A stretch of 64,000 nucleotides of DNA from an uncultured Alphaproteobacteria bacterium (GTDB lineage: Bacteria > Pseudomonadota > Alphaproteobacteria > Rhodobacterales > Rhodobacteraceae), in NCBI GenBank assembly GCA_963783595.1, contig CAWAPA010000014.1, forward strand, positions 21,277-85,276, in the 5' to 3' direction. This document shows positions 28,305-41,245 of this stretch, in pieces. The notes beneath the pieces were generated by a model, which had not been told where the DNA came from, did not search any database, and saw only the letters and a program-made list of their open reading frames with translations. Position numbers and translations under genes: made by a program. Positions within the stretch are counted from its first letter, which is position 1. Every line of letters starts with the position of its first letter.

Positions 28305-31300
28305 TCAGGCGGCCCTACCCGGCCGCACGATCTTTTCCGCCAGATCCTTGGCAATCGCATAGCCGCCCTTGATCCGGTCTGCTTCGGTTTTCCAGTCGCG
28401 GGCCAGCACGATCTTGTTGCCCTGCACTTTTGCAGTGGGGGCTTGGGCCTTGATGAAATCCACCAGTCCCGCCGGATTGCCGAACTTGTCGTTGTGAAAC
28501 TGCACCGTGGCGCCGCGCGGCCCCGCATCAAGCCGCGAAATCCCCGCGCGTTTGCACATTGCCTTGATCCGCACGATCAACAGCAGCGTGTTCACTTCCT
28601 TGGGCAGCGGGCCGAAGCGGTCAATCAATTCCGCCGCAAATCCCTCCAGCTCCACCTTTGTGGCAAGGCCCGACAGCCGCCGATACAGCCCCAGCCGCAC
28701 ATCCAGATCGACCACGTAATCCTCGGGGATCAACACCGGCACGCCCAGATTGATCGTTGGTGCCCAGGCGTCATCTACCTGCGCCAGCCCGCCAATCTCG
28801 CCTGACCGGATCTTGGCAATCGTCTCTTCCAGCATCTGCTGGTACAACTCATACCCCACTTCCTTGATGTGACCGGATTGTTCCTCGCCCAGCAGGTTCC
28901 CCGCGCCACGCAGATCAAGGTCATGCGACGCCAGATTGAAACCGGCCCCAAGGCTGTCCATCGACGCAAGCAGCCGCAGCCGCTTGGTCGCCTGCGGCGT
29001 CAGGGGCGCGCGGGGTTTCGTCGTCAGATAGCAATAGGCCCGCGTCTTGGCCCGGCCGACCCGCCCTCTGATCTGATACAACTGGCTTAGCCCGAACATG
29101 TCGGCCCGGTGAATGACCATCGTGTTCGCGGTCGGAATATCCAATCCCGATTCCACGATCGTCGTGGCCAGCAGCACATCATATTTGCCGTCATAGAACT
29201 GGTTCATCCGGTCATCCAGATCACCCGCCGCCATCTGGCCATGTGCAATGGTGTAGCTGACTTCCGGCACATGGGTTTTCAGGAAATCCTCAACCTCGTG
29301 CAGGTCCGAAATGCGCGGCACCACAAAGAACGACTGCCCGCCCCGGAACCTTTCGCGCAGCAACGCCTCGCGGATCGTCACGGTATCGAATTCGCTGACA
29401 TAGGTGCGGATCGCAAGCCGATCCACCGGCGGCGTCGCGATGATCGACAGGTCGCGCACCCCCGTCAGCGACAGTTGCAGCGTCCGTGGAATCGGCGTTG
29501 CCGTCAGGGTAAGAACATGCACCTCTGACCGCATCTCCTTGAGCCGCTCCTTATGCTGCACGCCGAAATGTTGTTCTTCGTCAATGACCAACAGGCCAAG
29601 GTTGTGCAACCGTATCCCCTTGGCAAGCAGCGCATGTGTGCCCACGCAAATATCCACCGTGCCGTCCGCCAGCCCCTCACGCGTTGCATTCGCGTCCTTG
29701 GTGGAGACAAACCGCGACAGGGGTTTGACGTTGATCGGAAAGCCGCGAAACCGTTCGGCAAAGCTGCGATAGTGCTGCCGCGCCAGCAGTGTTGTCGGGC
29801 AAATCACCGCAACCTGCCGCCCCGACAGTGCCGCCACAAAGGCCGCGCGCATGGCGACTTCGGTCTTGCCAAAACCCACATCGCCGACAATCAGGCGGTC
29901 CATGGGACTGCCTTTTTCCAGATCGCCGATCACATCGTCAATCGCCGTCAACTGATCATCGGTTTCCTGATAGGGGAACCGTGCGGCAAACGCCTCCCAC
30001 ATGCTATGCGGGGCTTCGAAAATCGGGGCAGTGCGCAAGCGCACGTTCGGCCGCAATCCGCATCAACCGATCCGCAATCTCGCGGATACGCGCCTTCAGC
30101 TTGGCCTTCTTGGCCTGCCAAGCGCCGCCGCCCAGACGGTCCAGCAAGCCCTCTTCATGGCCATAGCGGCTCAGAAGTTCGATATTCTCGACCGGCAGAT
30201 AAAGCTTTGCATTCTCAGCATATTCCAACGCCACACACGCATGCGGCGCGCCCAGCGCGGTGATCGTCTCCAATCCCAGATATCGCCCCACGCCATGTTC
30301 GACATGCACCACAAGATCGCCCGGTGTCAGCGTATCGACCTCGCGCAGGAAATTCTCGGCTTTCCGGCGTTTCTTGGGTTTCGCGACCAGCCGGTCACCC
30401 AGCACATCCTGTTCCGAAATCACCGCCAGCCCCGGTGCGGTAAACCCCGCCTCCAGCGCCCAGACCATCAGAAAGACTTGGCCGCGTCCCTCTGGCACTT
30501 CGCGCAGATCGCGCACCAGTTTTGTCCCGGTGATCCCCTGATCGGCCAATAGCCCCTGAAGCCGTTCCCGCGCGCCATCCGACCAGCTAGCAATGATGAT
30601 CTGCTTTTCTTCACGTAACACATGAATATGATCCGCCAGTGCACTGAACAGGCTTATTTTTTCCTGCTGTCTCTCTGGTGCGAAACTGCGTCCGATCCGG
30701 CCCTGCGCATCCAGAACGCCCGGCCCCGGCGATTGCGGCAGGGGCGACAGCTGGATCACCCGATGCCCGGCAACCGCGGCATCCCACGCCGCGTCGTCCA
30801 GATATAGAAGGCCCGGCTCCACAGGTTTGTAGACCGTATCCAGCCGCCCCTTTGCCGTCATCGCTTCGCGTCGCGCATCATACCCGTCGGCAATCCCATC
30901 CCAGCGTGACAGGCGCGCAGGTGTGACTGCATCATCCAGCATCACCGCCGCATCGGGCAGATAGTCAAAGATCGTCTCAAGCCGCGCATGAAAGAACGGC
31001 AGCCAGTGTTCCATCCCCTGATGCTTGCGCCCGGCACTGACGGCCTCATACAACGGATCATCCGATCCGCCCGCACCAAACTCTGCACGGTAATTTTGCC
31101 GGAACCGCGTGATCGCGCCTTCGTCCAGAATGACCTCGGACATTGGCGCAAATTCGATCGCGCCCAATTTTTCGACCGTGCGCTGCGTTTCCGCATCGAA
31201 ACGCCGCGCGCCGTCCAGCACATCGCCAAAGAAATCAAGGCGGATCGGACCGCGTTCCCCCGGCGGCCACAGATCAATGATCCCGCCCCGCACGGCAAAA

Positions 31301-31761
31301 TCACCCGGTTCGGTCACCGTCGAGACTGGCGAAAACCCCATCCGCCCCAAGAACTGCTTCAATGCCTCTACATCGGTGCGATCCCCGACCCGCGCCGAAA
31401 ATGCGGCATGGCGCAGCACGTCGCGCGCCGGCACGCGCTGCATCGCTGCAGACAATGTCGTCAGCATCACGAACGCGCCCGGCACCGCCCCTTGCGCAAG
31501 CGCCGCGAGCGTGGCCATCCGGCGCGCCGAAATGCCAGGGTTCGGCGACATCCGGTCATAGGGCAGGCAATCCCAGGCCGGCAGATCAATCACCACGACA
31601 TCGGGTGCCATCGCCGCAAGTGCCGCACGCATCGCCGCCGCGCGCCGGTCATCGCGTGCAATGTGAATGACGGGCGCACCGCGCGCCAGTTCGCGGGCGA
31701 CAAGGCTTGCGTCAAAGCCTTCGGGCGCGCCGCCCAGAATGATCCGTGGTGCTGATGTCAT
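28305..31761 (-). pseudogene. mfd: transcription-repair coupling factor, frame-disrupted near 30030-30045
   Basis: The N-terminal ORF 30004..31761 has UvrB-homology and RNAP-interaction regions. The C-terminal ORF 28305..30056 has helicase motifs GDVGFGKTEVA, DEEQHFG and TATPIPRT. Offset is +1. Confidence 0.85.
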
Positions 31762-31807
31762 TGTGTGGCGTCACTTACCCCGGCAACCTGCAGCGTCAAG
31801 CCCGCAT

Positions 31808-33457
<1,650 letters not shown>

Positions 33458-33571
33458 CGGTTTTTCGCGAACAATGGCCCAGATGTAGTCGCAGGCGTGA
33501 CAAGCCTGCAAAACCTCGCTATCCTGAATATGAAAGGTCCAGCAGAGACCTTGACCAGAGGTAGGGGGCGG

Positions 33572-34123
33572 ATGATGACAACTTCACGGCGTGGATTTCT
33601 GATCGGCAGTGGCGCACTTGCCCTTGCAGCCTGCGGCAACGGTGTCGGCAGCGACGGATCGTTGCGCATTGACGCCCGCGTGGATGCCACGCGCGATTAT
33701 CTGAACGGTCAGTATCCCGGCACACTGGATCTGGCCAACCGCGCAGCCGGGGTTTTGTATATGCCGTTGATCACCGAAGCGGGCTTCGGCTTTGGTGGGT
33801 CCTACGGACGGGGGGCCTTGCGCATCCGCGATGTGACGGTGGATTATTACTCCGCCACCCGCGCCACATTCGGTCTGCAGATCGGGGCTCAGCAATATGC
33901 CCACGCGTTGTTTTTCATGACAGAGGAAGCTTTGGGTGTCTTCCGCCGCTCGCAAGGCTGGGCCGCCAATGCCGATGTGCGCTATGCGACCCCCGAACAG
34001 GGTGCCAGCCTTGGCAAGGAAACAACCGAGCTTAGCCCCGTCATCGCCCTGGTGTTCGGCCAGCAGGGCCTGATCGCCGGGGCCACGCTGGGTGGCACGA
34101 AATACACCCGCATTATTCCCTGA
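33572..34123 (+). CDS. SYLF (Ysc84-like) domain lipoprotein with Tat/lipobox leader
   Basis: Leader MMTTSRRGFLIGSGALALAAC. Gly-rich motif GFGFGGSYGRGAL. Confidence 0.6.
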   Translation: MMTTSRRGFLIGSGALALAACGNGVGSDGSLRIDARVDATRDYLNGQYPGTLDLANRAAGVLYMPLITEAGFGFGGSYGRGALRIRDVTVDYYSATRATFGLQIGAQQYAHALFFMTEEALGVFRRSQGWAANADVRYATPEQGASLGKETTELSPVIALVFGQQGLIAGATLGGTKYTRIIP

Positions 34124-34204
34124 CAGCCGCCCGCCTTCGCGAAAATTGTTTCGGTCACAGGTTTCGCACTTGTGGCCGTAACTTTGCGGCCCTACCCCTT
34201 GGGC

Positions 34205-35422
34205 ATGAATGCCTTGTCACCCCATATCGACGACCGCGCGGCCATGCGCAACGTTGTCATCCTTGTGGCCGCACAAGCCATGATCGGCGCGCAATTGCCG
34301 ATGGTCTTTACCATCGCAGGACGGGCGGGCATGTCGCTTGCATCCAATCCCTGCTGGGCAACCCTGCCGATCACGGCGATGGTTCTGGGGTCCATGCTTT
34401 CGGCCACACCGCTGTCTGCCATGATGGCACGCTATGGCCGCCGCGCGGGTTTTGTGACCGGAACGTTGATCGGCGCATGCGGGGCCGCCATCAGCGCCTA
34501 TGGCTTGTATTCGCAAAGTTTTGTGTTGCTGGTGCTTGGTGCGCTGTTCACCGGAAGCTATATGTCGGCGCAGGGGTTTTTTCGCTTTGCCGCAACCGAT
34601 ACCGCCTCGGATGCTTTCCGGCCCAAAGCGATTTCCTACGTGATGATTGGCGGACTTCTGTCCGCCATTACCGGCAATATCCTGCTGAAGTTGACCGAGA
34701 ATGCCAGCGTCATTCCATATCTCGGGGCGTATCTCGCGGTCATCGTTCTGAATGTTGTGGGTGTGTTCCTGTTTGCCTTTCTGAACAGCACCCGCCCCAT
34801 TGCGCTGGCGGCGGGGGAATCAACCGGCCGCAGCCGGATGGAGTTGCTGGCCAACCCGCGCATCCTGGTGGCGGTGATCTGCGCCACGGTCAGCTATGCG
34901 CTGATGAACCTGATGATGACCTCGTCGCCGATTGCCGTCGTTGGCTGTGGCTTTACCAGCAGCAATGCGACCGACGTCGTGACCTTTCACGTTCTGGCGA
35001 TGTATGTGCCCAGCTTTTTCACGGGCCACCTGATCGCCCGGTTCGGTGCCGAAAAGATCGTGGGCACCGGGCTTTTGATCCTCGTGGGGGCCGGCATCGT
35101 CGCCTATGCAGGCGTCGATCTGATGAATTTCTTTGTCGCCCTGATCCTGCTCGGACTTGGCTGGAACTTTGGCTTCATCGGGGCCACTGCCATGCTGACC
35201 GCCAGCCACACGCCTGCCGAACGCGGCCGCATGCAGGGCCTGAACGACCTGATCGTGTTCGGCGGCGTCACCCTTGCCTCGCTGTCATCGGGCGGGCTGA
35301 TGAACTGTTCGGGCGGCACCATCGTCGAAGGCTGGCACGCCGTCACCCTTGCGATGGCCCCGTTCCTGATCCTTGCCGGGGCTGCGCTGATCTGGCTTGC
35401 CGCCCGCCCCCGCACGGCCTGA
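34205..35422 (+). CDS. MFS transporter
   Basis: 12-TM hydrophobic pattern over about 405 aa. Confidence 0.7.
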   Translation: MNALSPHIDDRAAMRNVVILVAAQAMIGAQLPMVFTIAGRAGMSLASNPCWATLPITAMVLGSMLSATPLSAMMARYGRRAGFVTGTLIGACGAAISAYGLYSQSFVLLVLGALFTGSYMSAQGFFRFAATDTASDAFRPKAISYVMIGGLLSAITGNILLKLTENASVIPYLGAYLAVIVLNVVGVFLFAFLNSTRPIALAAGESTGRSRMELLANPRILVAVICATVSYALMNLMMTSSPIAVVGCGFTSSNATDVVTFHVLAMYVPSFFTGHLIARFGAEKIVGTGLLILVGAGIVAYAGVDLMNFFVALILLGLGWNFGFIGATAMLTASHTPAERGRMQGLNDLIVFGGVTLASLSSGGLMNCSGGTIVEGWHAVTLAMAPFLILAGAALIWLAARPRTA

Positions 35423-35497
35423 CCTGTCACGCAAGTTTCACGCAATGGCTGCGCGCACCCATGCTATGATGCACCAAAGTCAGGACGTGGGACCGCC

Positions 35498-36604
35498 ATG
35501 CGCCTTGCCAGCTTCAACGTCGAAAACCTGTTCAACCGCGCCAGCGTGATGAACCTTGATGACTGGGACGAAGGCCGCCCCGTCCTGAATGCCGTCACCG
35601 AACTGACCAACCTTTTGGAACAGCCCGCCTACAGCGCCGCCGACAAGGTGCGCATGGTGCAGTTGCTGACCGACCTTGGCCTCGCCGCCAGCGATACGGG
35701 CCCTTACGTGATCCTGCGCCGCAATCGCGGAGCGCTGGTCGCCCGCCGTCAGACGGGGCTCGAGATCGTGGCAGATGGCCGCGATGACTGGATCGGCTGG
35801 GTAGAGCTGCGCAAATCCGCCGTCAACGAAACCGCCATGATGAACACAGGCCGCGTGATCCGCGACGTGAATGCCGATATCCTTGCGGTGGTCGAGGCCG
35901 AAGACCGCCCCGCGCTCATCCATTTCAGCGACCAGATCCTTGGCATGGTCGGTGGCACCCCCTACCCCAATATCATGCTGATCGACGGCAATGACATGCG
36001 CGGTATCGACGTCGGGCTGATGACGAAGGCAGGCTATGACATCGGCCAGATGCGCAGCCATGTTGCCGAAGGTGGCCCGCAAAACCGCATCTTCAGCCGC
36101 GATTGCCCGGAATATGCCGTCACCACCCCCGCGGGTGAGGTGATCTGGGTGCTGGTCAACCACTTCAAATCAAAGGGTTTCGGCAACCCCGCCGACAATA
36201 ACCGCCGCAGGCGGGCACAGGCCACGGCGGTGGCCGCATATGTCGCGCGGCTGCGCGCCGAAGGATTTGCAAACATCGCCGTGATGGGCGATCTGAACGA
36301 CACGCCCGGATCGGACCCGCTGGAACCCCTGCTGGAAACCGATCTGCGCGATGTATCGGACCATCCGACCTTTGATACCGGCGCCTTTGCGGGCACGGGC
36401 ACCTACGGTCTGGGCAATGACAACGACAAGATCGACTATATCCTTCTGACCCCTGCCCTTTTTGCGCGCATTACGGCGGCGGGCATCTTCAGGATGGGTG
36501 CATGGCCCGGATCGCGGCCCGTGCGTTGGCCGGTCTATCCCGAACTCACCCGCAAGATCCACGCAGCCTCTGACCATCACGCGATCTGGGTGGATATCAC
36601 CTGA
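35498..36604 (+). CDS. endonuclease/exonuclease/phosphatase (EEP) family protein
   Basis: Motifs SFNVENLF, ILAVVEAED, GDLND and SDHHAIWVDI, typical of the EEP fold. Confidence 0.75.
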   Translation: MRLASFNVENLFNRASVMNLDDWDEGRPVLNAVTELTNLLEQPAYSAADKVRMVQLLTDLGLAASDTGPYVILRRNRGALVARRQTGLEIVADGRDDWIGWVELRKSAVNETAMMNTGRVIRDVNADILAVVEAEDRPALIHFSDQILGMVGGTPYPNIMLIDGNDMRGIDVGLMTKAGYDIGQMRSHVAEGGPQNRIFSRDCPEYAVTTPAGEVIWVLVNHFKSKGFGNPADNNRRRRAQATAVAAYVARLRAEGFANIAVMGDLNDTPGSDPLEPLLETDLRDVSDHPTFDTGAFAGTGTYGLGNDNDKIDYILLTPALFARITAAGIFRMGAWPGSRPVRWPVYPELTRKIHAASDHHAIWVDIT

Positions 36605-36643
36605 CCCCTCGACTTGGCGCGCGGCAAGCACGATACATCCGCG

Positions 36644-37081
36644 ATGACCATCACCGACCTGACCCCCGCCCATCAAAATGAGTTCCACGATCTGTGGACC
36701 CGCTATCTGGCGTTCTACAACGTTCCGCTTTCGCCAGAGGTGAACGCCGCCACATGGGCCCGCCTGATGGACCCCGCCTCGCCGATGAAGGCCCGCATCG
36801 CCCTTGTTGACGGTGTGCCGATGGGTTTTGCCATCCACATGCACCACCCCTCGACCTGGGTCGCAGGTGACGATTGTTATCTTGAGGATTTGTTTGTGGC
36901 CGAGGCCGCCCGTGGCATGGGCCTTGGCCGCGCGCTGATCGACGATCTGACGGTCATCGCGCGGGCAAAGGGCTGGCACAGGCTGTATTGGCACACCGAC
37001 CAAGGCAACACCCGCGCCCGCGCGCTTTATGACAGCTATGTGCCGCCCGACGGCCATATCCGCTATCGCCTGACCCTATGA
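36644..37081 (+). CDS. GNAT family N-acetyltransferase
   Basis: Acetyl-CoA binding motif ARGMGLGRALI. Confidence 0.7.
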   Translation: MTITDLTPAHQNEFHDLWTRYLAFYNVPLSPEVNAATWARLMDPASPMKARIALVDGVPMGFAIHMHHPSTWVAGDDCYLEDLFVAEAARGMGLGRALIDDLTVIARAKGWHRLYWHTDQGNTRARALYDSYVPPDGHIRYRLTL

Positions 37082-37612
37082 TCCGCCAAGGGCCGCGTTC
37101 AGTGCAGGCAGAAACCGCTGTTCATAATCACTGCCCACCAGTGGTCCCTGAAACCGGAACAGCACCGTGCCGTCGCCCGCCACGATGAACGTCTCGGGTG
37201 GGGCCGTGACACCCCAGTCAATCGCCGTCCGGCCGCGCGGATCAAAGGCCATGCCGAAAAACGGATTGCCCCCCTCGGCCAGATAATCCGCCGCCTGATC
37301 CGCCTGATCCTTGATATTCACCCCTGCCACGCGCAAGCCATCTGCCTGCATCCGCAACAGCACCGGATGCTCGGCCCGGCACGGCGGGCACCAGCTCGCC
37401 CAGAAATTCACCAGCGTCACCTCGCCCGTCCGCAGATCGGCATCGCGCAGGCCCGGCACACCGTTCAGCACATCCGGCGTGATCGCAGGGGCCTGTGCGC
37501 CGATGAATGTCGATGGCAGATCATTGGGATTGCTGCGCTGCATCCCCATCCAGAATGCCAGCGCCAGCGCCGCAAACAAAAGCGGCGGCAGGATCATCAG
37601 AACCCTATTCAT
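37076..37612 (-). CDS. ccmG: thiol:disulfide oxidoreductase for cytochrome c maturation (DsbE/CcmG)
   Basis: Motif NFWASWCPPCRAEHP with an N-terminal TM anchor. Confidence 0.85.
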   Translation of the reverse strand: MNRVLMILPPLLFAALALAFWMGMQRSNPNDLPSTFIGAQAPAITPDVLNGVPGLRDADLRTGEVTLVNFWASWCPPCRAEHPVLLRMQADGLRVAGVNIKDQADQAADYLAEGGNPFFGMAFDPRGRTAIDWGVTAPPETFIVAGDGTVLFRFQGPLVGSDYEQRFLPALNAALGGS

Positions 37613-37757
37613 CGCCCGCCCGCGCCTCAACCGCCGCCAAGGCACGCCGCACCTGCGCGCCCCGCCACAGCGTCAGGGCCACCAACGCCGCCAACAAAAG
37701 CACCGTCACCGCATAAGACCCCAGCACCGGCACCGCATATTTGCCCAAATCCGGCAT
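37605..37757 (-). CDS. ccmD: heme exporter protein CcmD
   Basis: 50-aa single-TM peptide (MPDLGKYAVPVLGSYAVTVLLLAALVAL). Its start overlaps the ccmC stop as TGATG. Confidence 0.7.
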   Translation of the reverse strand: MPDLGKYAVPVLGSYAVTVLLLAALVALTLWRGAQVRRALAAVEARAGDE

Positions 37758-38485
37758 CACGCCATCCGCTCCCGCATCAGCAGCGCCTGCAACCGCCGCG
37801 CCCGGATTTCGGTGCGCGTGCGCAGCAAGACCAATGTCACAAACAGCAGGATGAACCCCGCAATGCACACCAACAACGGCACCCAGAACACATCCGACAC
37901 GTTCTCCTTTGTATCAAGGCTCAGCGATGCGCCCTGATGCAGACCCTGATTCCAGAAATTCACCGCATAGCGTGACAGCAACGCAAACACTGACCCGACA
38001 AGGCACAGAACCGATGTCAGGTCCGCCGCCGCATCCCGGTCCTCGATCGCCGACCAAAGCGCGATATAGCCAAGATAGAACAGGAACAGGATCAGGAATG
38101 ATGTCAGCCGCGGGTCCCACGCCCACCACGTCCCCCACATCGGCTGCCCCCACAGCGCGCCGGTCACCAGTGCCACCAGCGTAAACGTCAACCCCACAGG
38201 GGCCGCCGCCTTGGCCGCCAGGGCGCTGACATGATGTCGGCGGATCAGCCAGACCAGCGATGCGACCAGCATCATCACCCACGCATTGATTGCCATCATC
38301 GCGGCGGGTACGTGCAGATAGATGATCCTCACGGTCGATCCCTGCTTGTAATCGTCCGGTGTGAAAAAGAAGCCCCAGACCACCCCGACCATCAGGCACG
38401 CGGCGGTCGCCACAATCAGCACCGGCAACACCCGTCCGGATGTGTCCATGAACCGCTTCGGATTGGCATATTCCCAGATCGACAT
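37757..38485 (-). CDS. ccmC: heme exporter protein CcmC
   Basis: 242 aa with the WGxxWxWD tryptophan-rich motif (WGTWWAWDPR). Confidence 0.9.
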   Translation of the reverse strand: MSIWEYANPKRFMDTSGRVLPVLIVATAACLMVGVVWGFFFTPDDYKQGSTVRIIYLHVPAAMMAINAWVMMLVASLVWLIRRHHVSALAAKAAAPVGLTFTLVALVTGALWGQPMWGTWWAWDPRLTSFLILFLFYLGYIALWSAIEDRDAAADLTSVLCLVGSVFALLSRYAVNFWNQGLHQGASLSLDTKENVSDVFWVPLLVCIAGFILLFVTLVLLRTRTEIRARRLQALLMRERMA

Positions 38486-38538
38486 GACGCTTCACCTAAA
38501 TTCTCGCCGCAGCCAGTGCAAGGTCTAGCATCCTCGCC

Positions 38539-39195
38539 TCACCTAAGGTTGACGCGGATTGCCGCAGCCGCCGCAAAGGGCAGGCAGGCCACAGCCCCCG
38601 CCGCAATTCCCGCCAGCAACATCAACGGCGTCGCCGCGTCCAACCCCGCCGCTCCGCGTTTCACCGCCTCGGCCCCAAAGATCAACACCGGCACATACAG
38701 CGGCAAAACCAGCAGTGACATCAACAGCCCCCCCCGTTTCACCCCTACCGTCAACGCGGCCCCAAACGTCCCGATCATGCTCAGCGCAGGCGTGCCAAGC
38801 ATCAAAGACGCCACCAGCCACCCGACCCCCGCACCGGGCAGGTTCAGCAACACCCCCAACCCCGGTGACAACAGCGCCAGCGGCAGACCCGTGACTACCC
38901 AGTGCGCTGCAGCCTTCGCCACCACCACACCTTCCAGCGGGATCGGGGCAGTGGCCAGCAAATCGAGCGTGCCATCTTCGAAATCCAGCGCGAAAATCCG
39001 GTCCAGCGTCAAAAGACAGGCCAACAACGCGCCCACCCACAATATCCCCGGCGCGATCCGCGACAAGACCACCCCATCCGGGCCTACACCCAAGGGCACC
39101 AGCACCGCCACCAGCAGAAAGAATGCCAGCGCAAGGCCAAAGCCGCCGCCCGCCCGCATCGCCAGCCGCACATCCCGCACGAACAGGGCGATCAT
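38539..39195 (-). CDS. ccmB: heme exporter permease CcmB
   Basis: 218-aa polytopic membrane protein located between ccmA and ccmC. Confidence 0.85.
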   Translation of the reverse strand: MIALFVRDVRLAMRAGGGFGLALAFFLLVAVLVPLGVGPDGVVLSRIAPGILWVGALLACLLTLDRIFALDFEDGTLDLLATAPIPLEGVVVAKAAAHWVVTGLPLALLSPGLGVLLNLPGAGVGWLVASLMLGTPALSMIGTFGAALTVGVKRGGLLMSLLVLPLYVPVLIFGAEAVKRGAAGLDAATPLMLLAGIAAGAVACLPFAAAAAIRVNLR

Positions 39196-39785
39196 GGCGG
39201 CGGCCTCAGCCGTGCCTTGAACGGCCCAAGGTCCAGCACCGACGCCACGACCCCCAGACCCACATGGCTTGCCATTACCGCGATGCCACCCTGCGCCAGA
39301 TGCCCCCGCACCACATCGCCGAACAACCCCACCGATGCCACGTCCAGCGAAACCGTCGGCTCATCCAGCAGCCAGACCTTCCGCCCCGTCACCAGCAGCC
39401 GCGCCAGCCCCAATCGCCGCCGCTGCCCTGCCGACAAATGCGCCGCCGGGCGGTCCACCAGCGCGCGCAGATTCATCGCATCCAGGGCCGCATCAATCCC
39501 CACAACCCCGTGTATCGCCGCCCAGAACGCCAGGTTTTCACCCACGCTCAGCATGGCCTTCACACCATCGGCATGGGCAGCATATGCAATGGTTTCCGGC
39601 GGCACCGAAATGCGCCCCGCAAGCATCGGCTGCAAGCCCGCAATCGTGCGCAACAGCGTGGTTTTGCCTGCCCCGTTCGGCCCTTGCAATTGCAGACCGG
39701 CCCCCTGCGGCACCGTGAACGTCACCCCGGCCAGCACCGGCACCCCGCCCCGCGCGCACGTTAAATTGTCCACCACAAGTTCCAT
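39192..39785 (-). CDS. ccmA: heme ABC exporter ATP-binding protein CcmA
   Basis: Walker A (GPNGAGKTT), signature LSAGQRRR and Walker B (LLDEP). Start taken at MELVVDNL. Confidence 0.85.
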   Translation of the reverse strand: MELVVDNLTCARGGVPVLAGVTFTVPQGAGLQLQGPNGAGKTTLLRTIAGLQPMLAGRISVPPETIAYAAHADGVKAMLSVGENLAFWAAIHGVVGIDAALDAMNLRALVDRPAAHLSAGQRRRLGLARLLVTGRKVWLLDEPTVSLDVASVGLFGDVVRGHLAQGGIAVMASHVGLGVVASVLDLGPFKARLRPPP

Positions 39786-39859
39786 GATCACAGCCCTAGC
39801 GCATGGCATCCCGCCGCGAAAGCCCATAGGGTGCGCACAAATCAAAGATGAGGTTCGCC

Positions 39860-40843
39860 ATGCTCTCCACCCGCCCCTTCGGTCATACCGGCATGACCAG
39901 CACCGCAATTGGCTTTGGCGCATGGGCCATCGGCGGCACATGGGGCGAGGTGACGGAAACGGATGCCAAAGACACGCTCGCCGCCGCCCTTGATGCGGGA
40001 ATGACTTTCATCGACACCGCCGATGTCTATGGCGATGGACGCTCCGAACGCCTGATTGCAGACGTGCTGGCCAACCACGACGGCCCCCGCCCGTTTGTGG
40101 CCACCAAAGCCGGACGCAGGCTTTCCCCGCATGTGGCCGAAGGCTATCGCGACCTGACTGCCTTCATCGACCGGTCGCGCAAGAACCTTGGTGTGGATAT
40201 GCTCGATCTTCTGCAACTGCACTGCCCGCCACCCGCCGCCTACCACGACAACGCTGTCTTCGACGCGCTCGATGATCTGCAATCGCGAGGCATCATCGCC
40301 CGCTACGGCGTCAGCGTGGAAACCGTGGCCGAGGCGATGGCTGCCCTCGCCCGCCCCGGCGTGACAAGTGTGCAGATCATCTACAACATGTTCCGTCCCC
40401 GCCCCGCCGCGCGCTTTTTCCGTGCCGCCGAAAAGCTGGGCGTGGCGGTGATTGCGCGCGTGCCGCTTGCTTCTGGCTTGCTGACCGGGAAGATGACCGC
40501 CGCCAGCACCTTTGCCGCCGATGACCATCGCAGCTTCAATCGCCATGGCGAAGCGTTCGACATGGGCGAAACCTTTTCCGGCGTGCCCTATGACGTAGGC
40601 CTGCAAGCCGTTGACGAACTGCGCAAACTGGTGCCCGCAGGGGCCACGATGGCCCAATTTGCCTTGCGCTGGATCTTGATGGAGCCCGCGATCAGCGTGG
40701 TCATCCCCGGTGCGAAAACCCCCGAGCAGGCCCGCGCCAATGCCGCCGCTGATGCGCTGGCCCCGTTGTCAGACGATACCATGCACGCCGCCCGCGATGT
40801 CTATGACCGCCTGATCGCGCCGCATGTGAACCACCGCTGGTAA
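39860..40843 (+). CDS. aldo/keto reductase
   Basis: Motifs FIDTADVYGDGRSE and LLQLH, with an AKR C-terminus. Confidence 0.8.
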   Translation: MLSTRPFGHTGMTSTAIGFGAWAIGGTWGEVTETDAKDTLAAALDAGMTFIDTADVYGDGRSERLIADVLANHDGPRPFVATKAGRRLSPHVAEGYRDLTAFIDRSRKNLGVDMLDLLQLHCPPPAAYHDNAVFDALDDLQSRGIIARYGVSVETVAEAMAALARPGVTSVQIIYNMFRPRPAARFFRAAEKLGVAVIARVPLASGLLTGKMTAASTFAADDHRSFNRHGEAFDMGETFSGVPYDVGLQAVDELRKLVPAGATMAQFALRWILMEPAISVVIPGAKTPEQARANAAADALAPLSDDTMHAARDVYDRLIAPHVNHRW

Positions 40844-40881
40844 TCGCGCGCGCCTCAGGGTTCCGGCGCTCGAATTTCAGA

Positions 40882-41235
40882 TCACACCGGGATCAAGGCC
40901 ACAGCAATCCGCCGCCCTTCGCCCAGGATCACGTTATAGGTCCGGCAGGCGGCGGGGGAATTCATTGCCTCGACCCCGATGCCTGCGTCCTCGATCACCT
41001 TGCGAAACGCGGCTGGCAGATGCGCAATCTCGGCCCCCGTGCCCACAAACAGCACATCAATCCGTCCCGCGAGTGACAGCAGCCCCGCTGTGTCGTCAAA
41101 CCCGCCCCACGGCCCCGCATCCCATGGTGTGACGATGCAGGCCCCACGCAAAACATGCGTGCCGACGCGAAAGAACCCCGGCCCATATCCTGCAATGGGT
41201 TGGGCATTGTCATAAGTGACGGGTGTCAGTCGCAT
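40882..41235 (-). CDS. Mth938-like (DUF498, NDUFAF3-like) domain protein
   Basis: 117 aa with the pattern GYGPGFFRV...DVLFVGTG...MNSPAACRTYN. Confidence 0.6.
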   Translation of the reverse strand: MRLTPVTYDNAQPIAGYGPGFFRVGTHVLRGACIVTPWDAGPWGGFDDTAGLLSLAGRIDVLFVGTGAEIAHLPAAFRKVIEDAGIGVEAMNSPAACRTYNVILGEGRRIAVALIPV

Positions 41236-41245
41236 GGCATCAGCC

